Of a DNA stretch of 64,000 nucleotides, positions 1-10,312 are shown piece by piece. The notes beneath the pieces are model-generated. The model saw only the letters and a program-made list of their open reading frames with translations. It searched no databases and was not told where the DNA came from. The first letter of the stretch is position 1; the number at the start of each line of letters is the position of its first letter. A program made the translations under genes and the position numbers. This DNA comes from Escherichia coli (GTDB lineage: Bacteria; Pseudomonadota; Gammaproteobacteria; Enterobacterales; Enterobacteriaceae). Location of the stretch: assembly GCF_051903065.1 (NCBI RefSeq), contig NZ_CP178438.1. One strand, 5' to 3'.

Positions 1-108
1 TGGTTCTTCGTTATCATGAGCAGCGAACAGATTTGGCAAAGCGTATGCAGCCTGGGGCCCCTTAGGGTTTAAGCCCATATGTAAGCAAATGGCGCATACG
101 CTGAGCCA

Positions 109-151
<43 letters not shown>

Positions 152-168
152 AGCAAGAATGGGCAATA

Positions 169-816
<648 letters not shown>

Positions 817-919
817 AGAAATGTAATGAATCCTGCCATCAGGTTACTCCATAATTTTGTTGGTCAAGACAGTTAATTACGTGACGTATGCTCAGGCACC
901 GGATGCCGTTTTACAGGGC

Positions 920-1651
920 TCACCTGCCATCCAGTAGACGCCCCGGCCCACGACTGCAACCATAATTACGTTGCCCAGAACCGTCATGCTGCTTCGTCTC
1001 ATACTTCACGAGATAACAGGCTCTCTCCATGGCTTTCTGCATCGCTTCCACATCACCACGCTTGACCCAGAGAACAGCGGCTTCACCCGGCTTTTTGTCT
1101 GAAGCCTTCCTGGTTTCAGAACATCCACCCGACAAAGGCGTATCATCGGAAGAAGGGCGAGCATCAGATGATGTCGGTTTACGGAAAGGCGTCCGCCTGG
1201 AAAAATGAACCAGTCCATTACCCTGCCAGGGCTCGAGATGCAGAGCACTGCACCATGCCAGCTTGATCAGCGTCGCCAGCGAAGAAGGAACGGTGAAATC
1301 CCCTGGCGAGCACCAGGTATCTTTGTTGAGCAGTAATATCACGTGATAATGTTTCCTGCCTTTTTCCTTGCCAAACTCCCGACACCAGAAATAACGCAGA
1401 GTGGTTGCACGCACACGCTTGTTGGCACGTCGTTTTTTCCGCTGGTAAGCCTGAATTTTTGCTTTCAGGGATTCGAAAAAACGAGAAATCACTGCTGAAT
1501 CTAAATCGGTATCCATAATAGTGGCAGGCATATACTCAGGAAAACGTAAATCCACCCGAATTAACGAGACGGCACGGTGCTGCACTAGGGCACTGTCGAG
1601 AAGGCTGTCAAAACGGGATAACCAGTAAGCATTGTGTATTGGTTGATTCAT
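920..1651 (-). CDS. YfjJ/YagK-family protein (inovirus Gp2-like) of cryptic prophages
   Basis: 243 aa ORF; recalled similarity to E. coli YfjJ/YagK paralogs; sits beside the CP4-like module. Confidence 0.7.
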   Translation of the reverse strand: MNQPIHNAYWLSRFDSLLDSALVQHRAVSLIRVDLRFPEYMPATIMDTDLDSAVISRFFESLKAKIQAYQRKKRRANKRVRATTLRYFWCREFGKEKGRKHYHVILLLNKDTWCSPGDFTVPSSLATLIKLAWCSALHLEPWQGNGLVHFSRRTPFRKPTSSDARPSSDDTPLSGGCSETRKASDKKPGEAAVLWVKRGDVEAMQKAMERACYLVKYETKQHDGSGQRNYGCSRGPGRLLDGR

Positions 1652-2499
1652 GATGAGAGATCTCCGTTGATTTGGATTGACTTCACATCATTAATCACTG
1701 CGGTAAAACTTTACGGCATCCCGCCATTGAGCAACGCCAATGGCTCCTGATTAAAACAGAATGAATCCCCCACGAAGAAAAGATAAACCTACACGCAGGG
1801 TAAAACACACAACAACGGCATAAATGGTTTTTAAAAACTACAAAGCCCGAAGGGAAACGGATCAACAGAACGTGCAAACAAAACACCAAAAACGCAATCA
1901 GAACGCTTTCTGCTGCTGTGAATCAACAACAATACCAAAACCTACAGCTTAACCACAAAACTCAATCACAGAGCCGAATAGCGCGTTTAAAACCTGTTTA
2001 CAGATAACCCTGCCCCGAGAACAAAAACCACCAACATCAGAATCGATTTTCTTATCCTGAAAACGTTACTTTTCAACACACCATAAAAACGATTAACCAT
2101 CGATAACGTAAATCTCATCTGAATCAAAACACCAGAACCAATCATCACGCTTTTTCTGAAAAGAGCCTTATGATGAAGATAATCACCTTGCACTGAGAAA
2201 AAACACCAGGGCCAGTTAATCATCTCATCAATCTTATCGCTACAAAATCATCCATAAAACCATTTAACAAAATCATCGTAAGCACACAGTAAATCACGCC
2301 AGGTTATCTCAGCCGGATTTGCGTTTTACATAAAAACACTTGTCTCAGGTTAACGACTAAAAACACGAAAACTCATAAAAGGTTAAATGTAACATCAGAA
2401 AAATAGAATATCATATTGATTGCTTAAACAGGAAAGATTGTTTTGTAGTAGCATTAAGCTGATTTTAGTTAACGTAAAAACAGGACTGACAGGTTTACT

Positions 2500-2722
2500 A
2501 AACTGGATGTGTATCAGACAAAGCAATGTGTATAACAATACTTAATGAAAACACTTGTAGAATTGTTTATGAAAACATGTGTATGTCTGGTAAAACACTT
2601 AGTAGAAAATACGTGTATAACACTTACTGAAATGCTTAGTAAAAACACTTAGTAAAATATGTGTAGAATTATCTATTTAAAAAGATATGTATATAACACT
2701 TAATAAAAACATGTGTATATAG
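2500..2722. repeat. Array of degenerate direct repeats (ATGTGTAT / AACACTTA units), iteron- or operator-like
   Basis: At least seven copies of ATGTGTAT-like and five of AACACTTA(G/A)TA-like motifs within about 220 bp of AT-rich DNA; fused unit GTGTATAACACTTA seen at about 2612 and 2687. Confidence 0.55.
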
Positions 2723-3401
2723 TATCATACCGACATTCTCAACATCTTCAGACACTCATGCAGACTGAATGTTCGTTTCAGTTTTTCACGGCCAGCATGG
2801 GGATTTTTGTTCTGAAAACGGAGCAGATTTACTCTGGAATTATTTTTCTGTCCCCGTATTTCAGGCCCCAGAAAAGACAATCCGAAGCAAACCGTTTGTC
2901 AGCTTCCATATCATCTTTTACCCCCGGAAAGTGATCGCGTTTTACAACCAGAATGACAGCCATACTGATTATGTCGTCTCCCGGCCCCCTTCACATATAA
3001 CATGCATGCCTGTCATTGCTTACTGCTCCACATGACAGGATTTCACATACAGGATGCGCATTCAGTGTTTTTATCGCCACTATAACAGACAGATTACTGT
3101 CGCTTTTACTCTTCAGATTGTTAATCTGACCACAAGAACAGTCGAACAGTACAACGACACACCCAAGGAGGATATGAGCAGTAGTTGATAGCATGTTTTA
3201 ATTTATTATGAATAGATCAAGAATAGATCGTGAATAGTTAGAGAATAGTTCTTCAGCATCTCACAGAGTGATCAAGCCTTGAAGTGATTGCTTTTTGAAC
3301 ACAAGTCCGGATGCAATGTTTTTTTGTTAACTTCCTTGCATATTCGATTTCCATGTGATAGTGAAAATCACCAGAAGAGAATGCGATTGAGGCGTAATCA
3401 G

Positions 3402-4211
3402 ATGAAACAATATGAAGATGGTTATAACGTGAATGGATATAGCTGGGAAAATGAAACAATTGAGTATTTGTTGAATGATAAACAACTGACAGATAATCAC
3501 ATACCTGAATGGGTTAAAAAAAATGAAATTGCAGCATTCTGGTTCTGGTTAGTTATAATTAACACAGATCCCAAACTCCTTGGGGTTCGTAATGAATTAG
3601 GGTTCAATACAGCCATGATGGGGCTGATTCCTGCGGGGAGTATACCCATAACAACAATTCCTTCAGATCATGAAATGAGACTGGATGTTATAAGCAAATG
3701 GATTAATGCATTAATCCTTGACAATCAATCAGATTGCTTCATCTCAACAATGCATCAAAACTGGCTGCAGATCGAAAAGAGAAACGAAGCCAAATGGCTT
3801 AAAAAGAATACAGAACAACTCGAATGGGCATGGAAATATATCAATGCACGCATCCCGCACACGTATCTTTCCTGGTTTTATCCTGTAAGTGATAACGAAA
3901 GATACATTGCTATCGTAGTTTTACTAAAAATTTTATTCCCCGCAGATACACCATACTTACAGCAGCCAAAAGTACTTCACTATGGGGTTGCCGCAAAAGA
4001 AAAATTTTTCGACAAGATGCACAATGCATTCCGAAAACAGTTTACCGACGGAAAAAAAGATAAGCGGGTACAAATCAACGTTAAAATATCATCAGATGCA
4101 AAACGTACTCTGGACAGACTGACCAGAGAACTGAAAACAACACAACAGGCTGTCCTGGAACATCTGATTCAGAACCACAGGCTGGTGATTCAGAACCACA
4201 GACTGTATTAA
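3402..4211 (+). CDS. Hypothetical protein with C-terminal ribbon-helix-helix-like segment
   Basis: ORF 3288-4211; preferred ATG at 3402 (MKQYEDG) preceded by GAGG. C-terminus RVQINVKISSDAKRTLDRLTRELKTTQQAVLEHLIQ resembles an RHH DNA-binding motif. N-terminal about 220 aa unrecognised. Confidence 0.5.
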   Translation: MKQYEDGYNVNGYSWENETIEYLLNDKQLTDNHIPEWVKKNEIAAFWFWLVIINTDPKLLGVRNELGFNTAMMGLIPAGSIPITTIPSDHEMRLDVISKWINALILDNQSDCFISTMHQNWLQIEKRNEAKWLKKNTEQLEWAWKYINARIPHTYLSWFYPVSDNERYIAIVVLLKILFPADTPYLQQPKVLHYGVAAKEKFFDKMHNAFRKQFTDGKKDKRVQINVKISSDAKRTLDRLTRELKTTQQAVLEHLIQNHRLVIQNHRLY

Positions 4212-5155
4212 CTTTCACCACTTCTGCTCCTGCCGATTTTCTTCTTTTGGTAGTGTCTCCTGGCTGCGGATATCAGATACTTTTCCGTCATTTTGTTGCA
4301 GAACTCTTCAATGTAGTTAATCATTTTCTGGTGTGCTTTCAGCTTTTCTTCCCCGGGGGACGCTTTCAGATAAATGTCCTCCTTTTCCACAAGCGCATTG
4401 ACAAACTCCCCTAAACATCCCTGGTTATAAAGCGACGTGAAAAACAACACATCCCCCAGTCTCTCCAGTAACTGTGGTTTATCCCCGAAATGTTTTTTTA
4501 TACTTTCAAAAGGTTTTCTATTTTCCGGATCAAAAAAAACACTTAATCCCAGTCGCTTATATTCCTGGTAAAAAAGTTCAAACGTCGGGGATGCTGAACG
4601 GCAAATAAACGAAGACTGCGCCCATGGATTAAAATCTGTGACACGCCTCCCCTCCCGCACTTCCTGTCGTGTCAGCGGTGGTTCAGCAAACCAGGCGTCC
4701 AGCTCAGCCGAATCGTTATCCCTGCTCAAAACCTCATACAAACTGCCCGTGAACGGTTGAGCCGTTTGTTTTGTTGCTTCGCCTTCTGATTGTCTGAATC
4801 CATCCACTTTTCTCCGGATATTACGCGGAATCAGCATAAAAGGCGGGACATTAAGTGATAAACGTTTACCCGTCATGCGATACCATTGACCTACCTCAAC
4901 CTTAATCCGTGTATCTGACTTTAGCTCAAGTGCCATTATGTTAAGCAGGTACAGATAACGCACCGTATAACGATTAAAATGTTTCTCCGGATCAAACGAT
5001 TCTGACCGTTCTCCTCTGTACACGAGTCTGCTGCGCTTCAGTATTCGCAGAGTATATTTCCAGGCCGGACTTTTACAAATGGCGGTAACTCTGGCCTTAT
5101 TAACAATGTCGCGTAATGCATCAATCTGTTGTGCAGTCATCTCTTCCCTCCACAC
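4208..5155 (-). CDS. Hypothetical protein, no recognisable domain
   Basis: 315 aa ORF (alternative start 5140, MTAQQ). Convergent with the previous gene; stop codons overlap within TTAA. Uninterrupted long ORF, basic C-terminal tail. Confidence 0.5.
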   Translation of the reverse strand: MWREEMTAQQIDALRDIVNKARVTAICKSPAWKYTLRILKRSRLVYRGERSESFDPEKHFNRYTVRYLYLLNIMALELKSDTRIKVEVGQWYRMTGKRLSLNVPPFMLIPRNIRRKVDGFRQSEGEATKQTAQPFTGSLYEVLSRDNDSAELDAWFAEPPLTRQEVREGRRVTDFNPWAQSSFICRSASPTFELFYQEYKRLGLSVFFDPENRKPFESIKKHFGDKPQLLERLGDVLFFTSLYNQGCLGEFVNALVEKEDIYLKASPGEEKLKAHQKMINYIEEFCNKMTEKYLISAARRHYQKKKIGRSRSGES

Positions 5156-5246
5156 TTTGTCACTCCAGATTTTTTCACGCCCATATTACCTGAATGATAA
5201 ACCGGATTAGTGTGATCCGGTTCAGTGAAATCAACAGGATACCGGT

Positions 5247-6131
5247 ATGTCATTCAGCCATTCTTCCCTCTCCGCACAAGTGAAATCATATCTGACGTTT
5301 CTTCCTGAAGAAATTCGCCAGAAAATCCTTGAACATCTCCACGGTGTTATTCATTACGAGCCCGTGATTGGCATTATGGGTAAATCCGGCACCGGCAAAA
5401 GCAGTCTGTGTAATGCCATTTTTCAGTCCCGTATCTGCGCCACGCATCCCCTGAACGGCTGCACCCGCCAGGCTCATCGCCTCACCCTGCAGATTGGTGA
5501 ACGCAGAATGACGCTGGTCGATCTGCCCGGCATTGGTGAAACACCGCAGCATGATCAGGAATACCGGGAGCTTTACCGTCAGTTACTGCCGGAACTGGAT
5601 CTGATTATCTGGATCCTGCGGGCTGATGAACGTGCGTATGCTGCTGATATTGCCATGCATCAGTTTTTACTGAATGAAGGTGCAGATCCCTCGCGTTTTC
5701 TGTTTGTTCTCAGCCATGCCGATCGCGTGTTTCCTGCTGAAGAATGGAACGACGCAGAAAAATGCCCGTCCCGTCAGCAGGAACTCTCACTGGCGACAGT
5801 AACAGCCCGGGTGGCCACCCTGTTCCCGTCATCATTTCCGGTACTCTCCGTTGCAGCGCCTGTCGGCTGGAATCTTCCGGCACTGGTGTCACTGATGATC
5901 CACGCACTGCCACCACAGGCAACCAGCGCGGTTTATTCACATATCCGGGGGGAAAACCGCTCTGAACAGGCCCGGAAACACGCACAACAGACTTTTGGTG
6001 ACGCCATCGGGAAAAGTTTTGACGACGCCGTTGCCCGGTTCAGTTTTCCGGCCTGGATGTTACAGCTTCTGCGTAAAGCCCGGGCCCGCATTATCCACCT
6101 ACTGGTCACACTGTGGGATCACCTGTTCTGA
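5247..6131 (+). CDS. YeeP/YkfA/YfjP-family P-loop GTPase of CP4-like islands
   Basis: Walker A GIMGKSGTGKSS; G3-like DLPGIGE; recalled similarity to the YeeP/YfjP/YkfA family. Confidence 0.8.
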   Translation: MSFSHSSLSAQVKSYLTFLPEEIRQKILEHLHGVIHYEPVIGIMGKSGTGKSSLCNAIFQSRICATHPLNGCTRQAHRLTLQIGERRMTLVDLPGIGETPQHDQEYRELYRQLLPELDLIIWILRADERAYAADIAMHQFLLNEGADPSRFLFVLSHADRVFPAEEWNDAEKCPSRQQELSLATVTARVATLFPSSFPVLSVAAPVGWNLPALVSLMIHALPPQATSAVYSHIRGENRSEQARKHAQQTFGDAIGKSFDDAVARFSFPAWMLQLLRKARARIIHLLVTLWDHLF

Positions 6132-6249
6132 GCGCCCCGGAGTCCCCCGTGGCAACCGTATACCTTTACACGACAACGGATTACGGTAACCACTGCCGTA
6201 TACCGTCTGTCATTATCAATAACACGCTCTTTAATTTCAGAGGTCAGTC

Positions 6250-6927
6250 ATGAATACCAGAATGCTTTTTCCCCTGCTGTTCACTGTGGCATCCTTCTCC
6301 ACCTCCGCCGGTAACTGGGCTGTCAAAAACGGCTGGTGTCAGACCATGACGGAAGATGGTCAGGCGCTGGTAATGCTGAAAAATGGCACGATTGGTATTA
6401 CCGGCCTGATGCAGGGATGCCCGAATGGCGTACAGACGCTCCTGGGCAGCCGTATCAGTATTAACGGTAACCTGATCCCCACATCACAAATGTGTAATCA
6501 GCAGACAGGATTCAGGGCTGTTGAGGTGGAAGTCGGACAGGCGCCGGAAATGGTCAAAAAAGCCGTTCACTCCATAGCAGAGCGTGATGTGTCCGTTTTA
6601 CAGGCATTTGGTGTACGAATGGAATTCACCCGCGGTGATATGCTGAAGGTCTGTCCGAAATTTGTCACATCACTTGCCGGTTTTTCCCCGAAACAGACAC
6701 CCGCCATTAATAAAGATTCCGTCCTGCAGGCTGCCCGGCTGGCATACGCCCGGGAATATGACGAGGAAACAACAGAAACCGCTGATTTTGGCTCTTACGA
6801 AGTAAAAGGCAATAAGGTTGAGTTTGAAGTGTTCAATCCTGAAGACCGTGCGTACGACAAAGTGACCGTCACGGTTGGTGCTGACGGTAATGCCACCGGT
6901 GCCAGCGTTGAATTTATCGGAAAATAG
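6250..6927 (+). CDS. Secreted protein of unknown function (N-terminal signal peptide)
   Basis: 225 aa; hydrophobic N-terminus MNTRMLFPLLFTVASFSTSAG; occupies the slot downstream of the GTPase where flu (Ag43) sits in CP4-44. Confidence 0.55.
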   Translation: MNTRMLFPLLFTVASFSTSAGNWAVKNGWCQTMTEDGQALVMLKNGTIGITGLMQGCPNGVQTLLGSRISINGNLIPTSQMCNQQTGFRAVEVEVGQAPEMVKKAVHSIAERDVSVLQAFGVRMEFTRGDMLKVCPKFVTSLAGFSPKQTPAINKDSVLQAARLAYAREYDEETTETADFGSYEVKGNKVEFEVFNPEDRAYDKVTVTVGADGNATGASVEFIGK

Positions 6928-6956
6928 CCGGTATGTCGGACTGTCACCCTGTTTAA

Positions 6957-7166
6957 TTGCCCGAAGGCCCTTTCTCACGCGAACAGGCGGTTGCCGTCAC
7001 AACAGCTTACCGCAATGTGCTTATTGAAGATGACCAGGGAACGCATTTCCGGCTGGTTATCCGTAATGCTGAAGGTCAGTTGCGCTGGCGGTACTGGAAT
7101 TTTGAATCCGATGCCGGAAAACAGCTTAATGTGTGGCTCGCCAGTGAAGGGCTTCTCAGACAATAA
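6957..7166 (+). CDS. Small conserved island protein (DUF905-like)
   Basis: 69 aa ORF followed directly by a hairpin plus T-tract terminator; family recalled from CP4-like islands; start uncertain. Confidence 0.4.
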   Translation: MPEGPFSREQAVAVTTAYRNVLIEDDQGTHFRLVIRNAEGQLRWRYWNFESDAGKQLNVWLASEGLLRQ

Positions 7167-7189
7167 ACGTCATTCATTTCATCCATCAG

Positions 7190-7220
7190 GCCGCGTCTTC
7201 TCCGGGAGGCGCGGCTTTTT
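7190..7220 (+). terminator. Rho-independent terminator
   Basis: GCCGCG ... CGCGGC stem followed by TTTTT. Confidence 0.6.
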
Positions 7221-7256
7221 CATTTATATCGCTAACTCATTCATAAGGAGCAAATC

Positions 7257-8075
7257 ATGCGATTAGCAAGTCGTTTTGGTTATGCGAACCAGATACGCCG
7301 TGACCGCCCCTTAACTCGCGAAGAACTGATGCAGGTCGTCCCCAGCGTATTCGGGGAAGATAAGCACACATCCAGAAGCGAGAACTATACCTGGATCCCC
7401 ACCATCACCGTGCTGGAAAGCCTGCAGCGGGAAGGCTTTCAGCCCTTCTTTGCCTGCCAGACCCGCGTACGTGACCCGGGCCGCCGGGGGTATACCAAAC
7501 ACATGCTGCGTCTGCGCCGTGACGGGGAGATAAACGGACAACATGTCCCTGAAATCATCCTGCTGAACTCCCATGACGGTACCTCCAGCTACCAGATGCT
7601 GCCGGGTTACTTCAGGTTCGTCTGCCAGAACGGCTGCGTCTGTGGTCAGTCTCTGGGGGAAGTGCGTGTTCCGCACCGGGGAAATGTGGTGGACAGAGTC
7701 ATTGAAGGGGCTTACGAAGTGGTGGGCGTTTTTGACCGGATTGAGGAAAAGCGTGATGCCATGCAGTCGCTGGTCCTGCCGCCACCGGCACGCCAGGCGC
7801 TGGCACAGGCGGCACTGACTTACCGTTATGGTGACGAACATCAGCCCGTCACCACCGCCGACATTCTGACGCCACGACGCCGGGAGGATTACGGTAAGGA
7901 CCTGTGGAGTGCTTATCAGACCATCCAGGAAAATATGCTGAAAGGCGGGATTTCTGGTCGCAGCGCTAAAGGAAAACGTATCCACACCCGTGCCATTCAC
8001 AGCATCGACACGGACATTAAGCTCAATCGCGCATTGTGGGTGATGGCAGAAACGCTGCTGGAGAGCATGCGCTGA
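7257..8075 (+). CDS. DUF932-family protein (YfjQ/YafZ-like)
   Basis: 272 aa; recalled similarity to YfjQ/YafZ; conserved position upstream of the antirestriction gene. Confidence 0.75.
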   Translation: MRLASRFGYANQIRRDRPLTREELMQVVPSVFGEDKHTSRSENYTWIPTITVLESLQREGFQPFFACQTRVRDPGRRGYTKHMLRLRRDGEINGQHVPEIILLNSHDGTSSYQMLPGYFRFVCQNGCVCGQSLGEVRVPHRGNVVDRVIEGAYEVVGVFDRIEEKRDAMQSLVLPPPARQALAQAALTYRYGDEHQPVTTADILTPRRREDYGKDLWSAYQTIQENMLKGGISGRSAKGKRIHTRAIHSIDTDIKLNRALWVMAETLLESMR

Positions 8076-8166
8076 TGCTGTTTCCCTGAAAGTGCAACCC
8101 TGACTCACGTCTGTACCAGTCCCCGGGCATTCTTCCATTCATTTACTTTTTATAAGGAATCATCTC

Positions 8167-8652
8167 ATGACAACCTTTTCGCATAGCTCCACCACGCCTT
8201 CTGTTTCCGTAACCACTGCACCAGGGAATAACCAGTCTCAACTGGTTGCCACTCCCGTCCCTGATGAACAGCGCATCAGTTTCTGGCCGCAACATTTTGG
8301 CCTCATTCCACAGTGGGTGACCCTGGAGCCCCGTGTCTTCGGCTGGATGGACCGTCTTTGCGAAGACTACTGCGGTGGTATCTGGAATCTGTACACCCTG
8401 AACAACGGTGGGGCATTTATGGTACCCGAACCGGATGACGATGATGACGAAACATGGGTACTGTTCAATGCCATGAACGGCAACCGCGCTGAAATGAGCC
8501 CGGAAGCCGCCGGCATTGCCGCCTGTCTGATGGCGTACAGTCATCACGCCTGTCGTACAGAGAATTATGCCATGACGGTCCATTATTATCGGTTGCGGGA
8601 TTACGCCCTGCAGCATCCGGAATGCAACGCCATTATGCGCATCATCGACTGA
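8167..8652 (+). CDS. Antirestriction protein, ArdB/KlcA-like (YfjX/YafX family)
   Basis: 161 aa; acidic stretch PEPDDDDDETW; family and position typical of CP4-like islands. Confidence 0.75.
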   Translation: MTTFSHSSTTPSVSVTTAPGNNQSQLVATPVPDEQRISFWPQHFGLIPQWVTLEPRVFGWMDRLCEDYCGGIWNLYTLNNGGAFMVPEPDDDDDETWVLFNAMNGNRAEMSPEAAGIAACLMAYSHHACRTENYAMTVHYYRLRDYALQHPECNAIMRIID

Positions 8653-8667
8653 ATGGAGAGAAGCACA

Positions 8668-9144
8668 ATGCAACAGCTTTCCTTTCTGCCCGGAGAGATG
8701 ACGCCCGGCGAGCGCAGCCTCATTCTGCGGGCCCTGAAAACCCTGGACCGCCATCTTCATGAACCCGGTGTGGCCTTCACCTCCACGCATGCGGCACGGG
8801 AATGGCTGATTCTGAACATGGCGGGACTGGAGCGGGAAGAGTTCCGGGTACTGTATCTGAACAACCAGAATCAGCTGATTGCCGGTGAAACCCTCTTCAC
8901 AGGCACCATCAACCGCACGGAAGTCCATCCCCGGGAGGTAATTAAACGTGCCCTGTACCACAATGCCGCTGCCGTGATACTGGCACACAACCACCCGTCC
9001 GGTGAAGTCACCCCCAGTAAGGCAGATCGCCTTATCACGGAACGCCTGGTACAGGCACTGGCCCTGGTGGATATCCGGGTACCGGACCATCTGATAGTTG
9101 GTGGCAACCAGGTTTTCTCCTTTGCGGAACACGGTCTGCTTTAA
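8668..9144 (+). CDS. yeeS: RadC-like JAB/MPN domain protein (YeeS/YfjY/YkfG family)
   Basis: JAMM motif HNHPSG; near identity to recalled YeeS from MQQLSFLPGEMTPGERSL; ORF track starts 15 nt upstream at 8653. Confidence 0.85.
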   Translation: MQQLSFLPGEMTPGERSLILRALKTLDRHLHEPGVAFTSTHAAREWLILNMAGLEREEFRVLYLNNQNQLIAGETLFTGTINRTEVHPREVIKRALYHNAAAVILAHNHPSGEVTPSKADRLITERLVQALALVDIRVPDHLIVGGNQVFSFAEHGLL

Positions 9145-9212
9145 CCCGTCACCGCCACAACCATATCACACCTGTTTTCACTTTTATCTTCTGTCTTCAG
9201 AGGTATCCCACT

Positions 9213-9434
9213 ATGAAAATCATCACCCGTGGCGAAGCCATGCGTATTCACCGTCAGCATCCGGCATCCCGTCTTTTTCCGTTCTGTACCGGCAAATACC
9301 GCTGGCACGGCAGTGCTGAAGCGTATACCGGTCGTGAAGTGCAGGATATTCCCGGTGTGCTGGCCGTGTTTGCTGAACGCCGTAAGGACAGTTTTGGCCC
9401 GTATGTCCGGCTGATGAGCGTCACCCTGAACTGA
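9213..9434 (+). CDS. yeeT: DUF987 protein (YeeT-like)
   Basis: 73 aa MKIITRGEAMRIHRQHPASRLFPF... matches recalled YeeT. Confidence 0.85.
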   Translation: MKIITRGEAMRIHRQHPASRLFPFCTGKYRWHGSAEAYTGREVQDIPGVLAVFAERRKDSFGPYVRLMSVTLN

Positions 9435-9513
9435 GTCTGGAAGGGCATTCAGAAGAGCAGAATTATCGCCACCACCGGACCATTCTTAACCAATTTTCTG
9501 TGAGGATTTTATC

Positions 9514-9888
9514 GTGTCAGACACTCTCCCCGGGACAACGCATCCCGACGATAACAACGACCGCCCCTGGTGGGGGCTACCCTGCACCGTGACGCCCTGT
9601 TTTGGGGCACGTCTGGTGCAGGAGGGTAACCGGTTGCATTACCTTGCAGACCGCGCCGGTATCAGAGGCCGGTTCAGCGACGCGGATGCGTACCATCTGG
9701 ACCAGGCCTTTCCGCTGCTGATGAAACAACTGGAACTCATGCTCACCAGCGGTGAACTGAATCCCCGCCATCAGCATACCGTCACGCTGTATGCAAAAGG
9801 GCTGACCTGCAAAGCCGATACCCTCAGCAGTTGTGGTTACGTTTATATGGCTGTTTATCCGACACTGGCACCCGCAACCACCTCATAA
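9514..9888 (+). CDS. cbeA: CbeA (YeeU) antitoxin of the CbtA/CbeA type IV toxin-antitoxin system
   Basis: 124 aa; near identity to recalled YeeU (MSDTLPGTT...WWGLPCTVTPCFGARLVQEGNRLHYLADRAGIRG). Confidence 0.9.
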   Translation: MSDTLPGTTHPDDNNDRPWWGLPCTVTPCFGARLVQEGNRLHYLADRAGIRGRFSDADAYHLDQAFPLLMKQLELMLTSGELNPRHQHTVTLYAKGLTCKADTLSSCGYVYMAVYPTLAPATTS

Positions 9889-9934
9889 CCCCGAATATCT
9901 CACCTTTAGCACTACCAGTTACAGAGAACTTAAG

Positions 9935-10312
9935 ATGAAAACATTACCTGACACACACGTACGGGAGGCATCGCGCTGCCCGTCTCCCGTCACCATCTGG
10001 CAGACACTGCTCACCCGACTGTTGGACCAGCATTACGGCCTCACACTGAATGACACACCGTTCGCTGATGAACGTGTGATTGAGCAGCATATTGAGGCAG
10101 GCATTTCACTGTGCGATGCGGTGAACTTTCTCGTTGAAAAATACGCACTGGTACGTACCGACCAGCCAGGATTCAGCGCCTGTACCCGTTCTCAGTTAAT
10201 AAACAGTATTGATATCCTCCGGGCCCGCCGGGCAACCGGCCTGATGGCCCGCGACAATTACAGAACGGTAAATAACATTACCCTGGGTAAACATCCGGGG
10301 GCGAAACAATGA
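9935..10312 (+). CDS. cbtA: CbtA (YeeV) toxin, cytoskeleton-binding type IV toxin
   Basis: 125 aa from ATG 9935 (MKTLPDTHV...); matches recalled YeeV (LNDTPFADERVIEQHIEAGISLCDAVNFLVEKYALVRTDQPGFSA); directly downstream of cbeA. Confidence 0.9.
   Translation: MKTLPDTHVREASRCPSPVTIWQTLLTRLLDQHYGLTLNDTPFADERVIEQHIEAGISLCDAVNFLVEKYALVRTDQPGFSACTRSQLINSIDILRARRATGLMARDNYRTVNNITLGKHPGAKQ

Noticed and set aside
1695-2223. Small minus-strand ORFs (64 and 78 aa) in the A+C-skewed region
   Set aside because: Low-complexity translations from compositionally biased DNA; no start context.
2500-2722. Possible CRISPR array
   Set aside because: Repeats are degenerate and irregularly spaced, AT-rich, with no cas genes nearby; treated as an iteron or operator-like array instead.
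6132-6249. Possible isrC-like small RNA between the GTPase gene and the next gene
   Set aside because: I cannot recall the isrC sequence well enough to match it; no clear promoter or terminator seen.
7311-8138. 275-aa ORF on the minus strand
   Set aside because: Lies entirely antisense to the DUF932 gene; GC-rich shadow ORF with no independent signal.
8143-9132. 329-aa ORF on the minus strand
   Set aside because: Antisense to the antirestriction and RadC-like genes, whose identities are well supported; shadow ORF.
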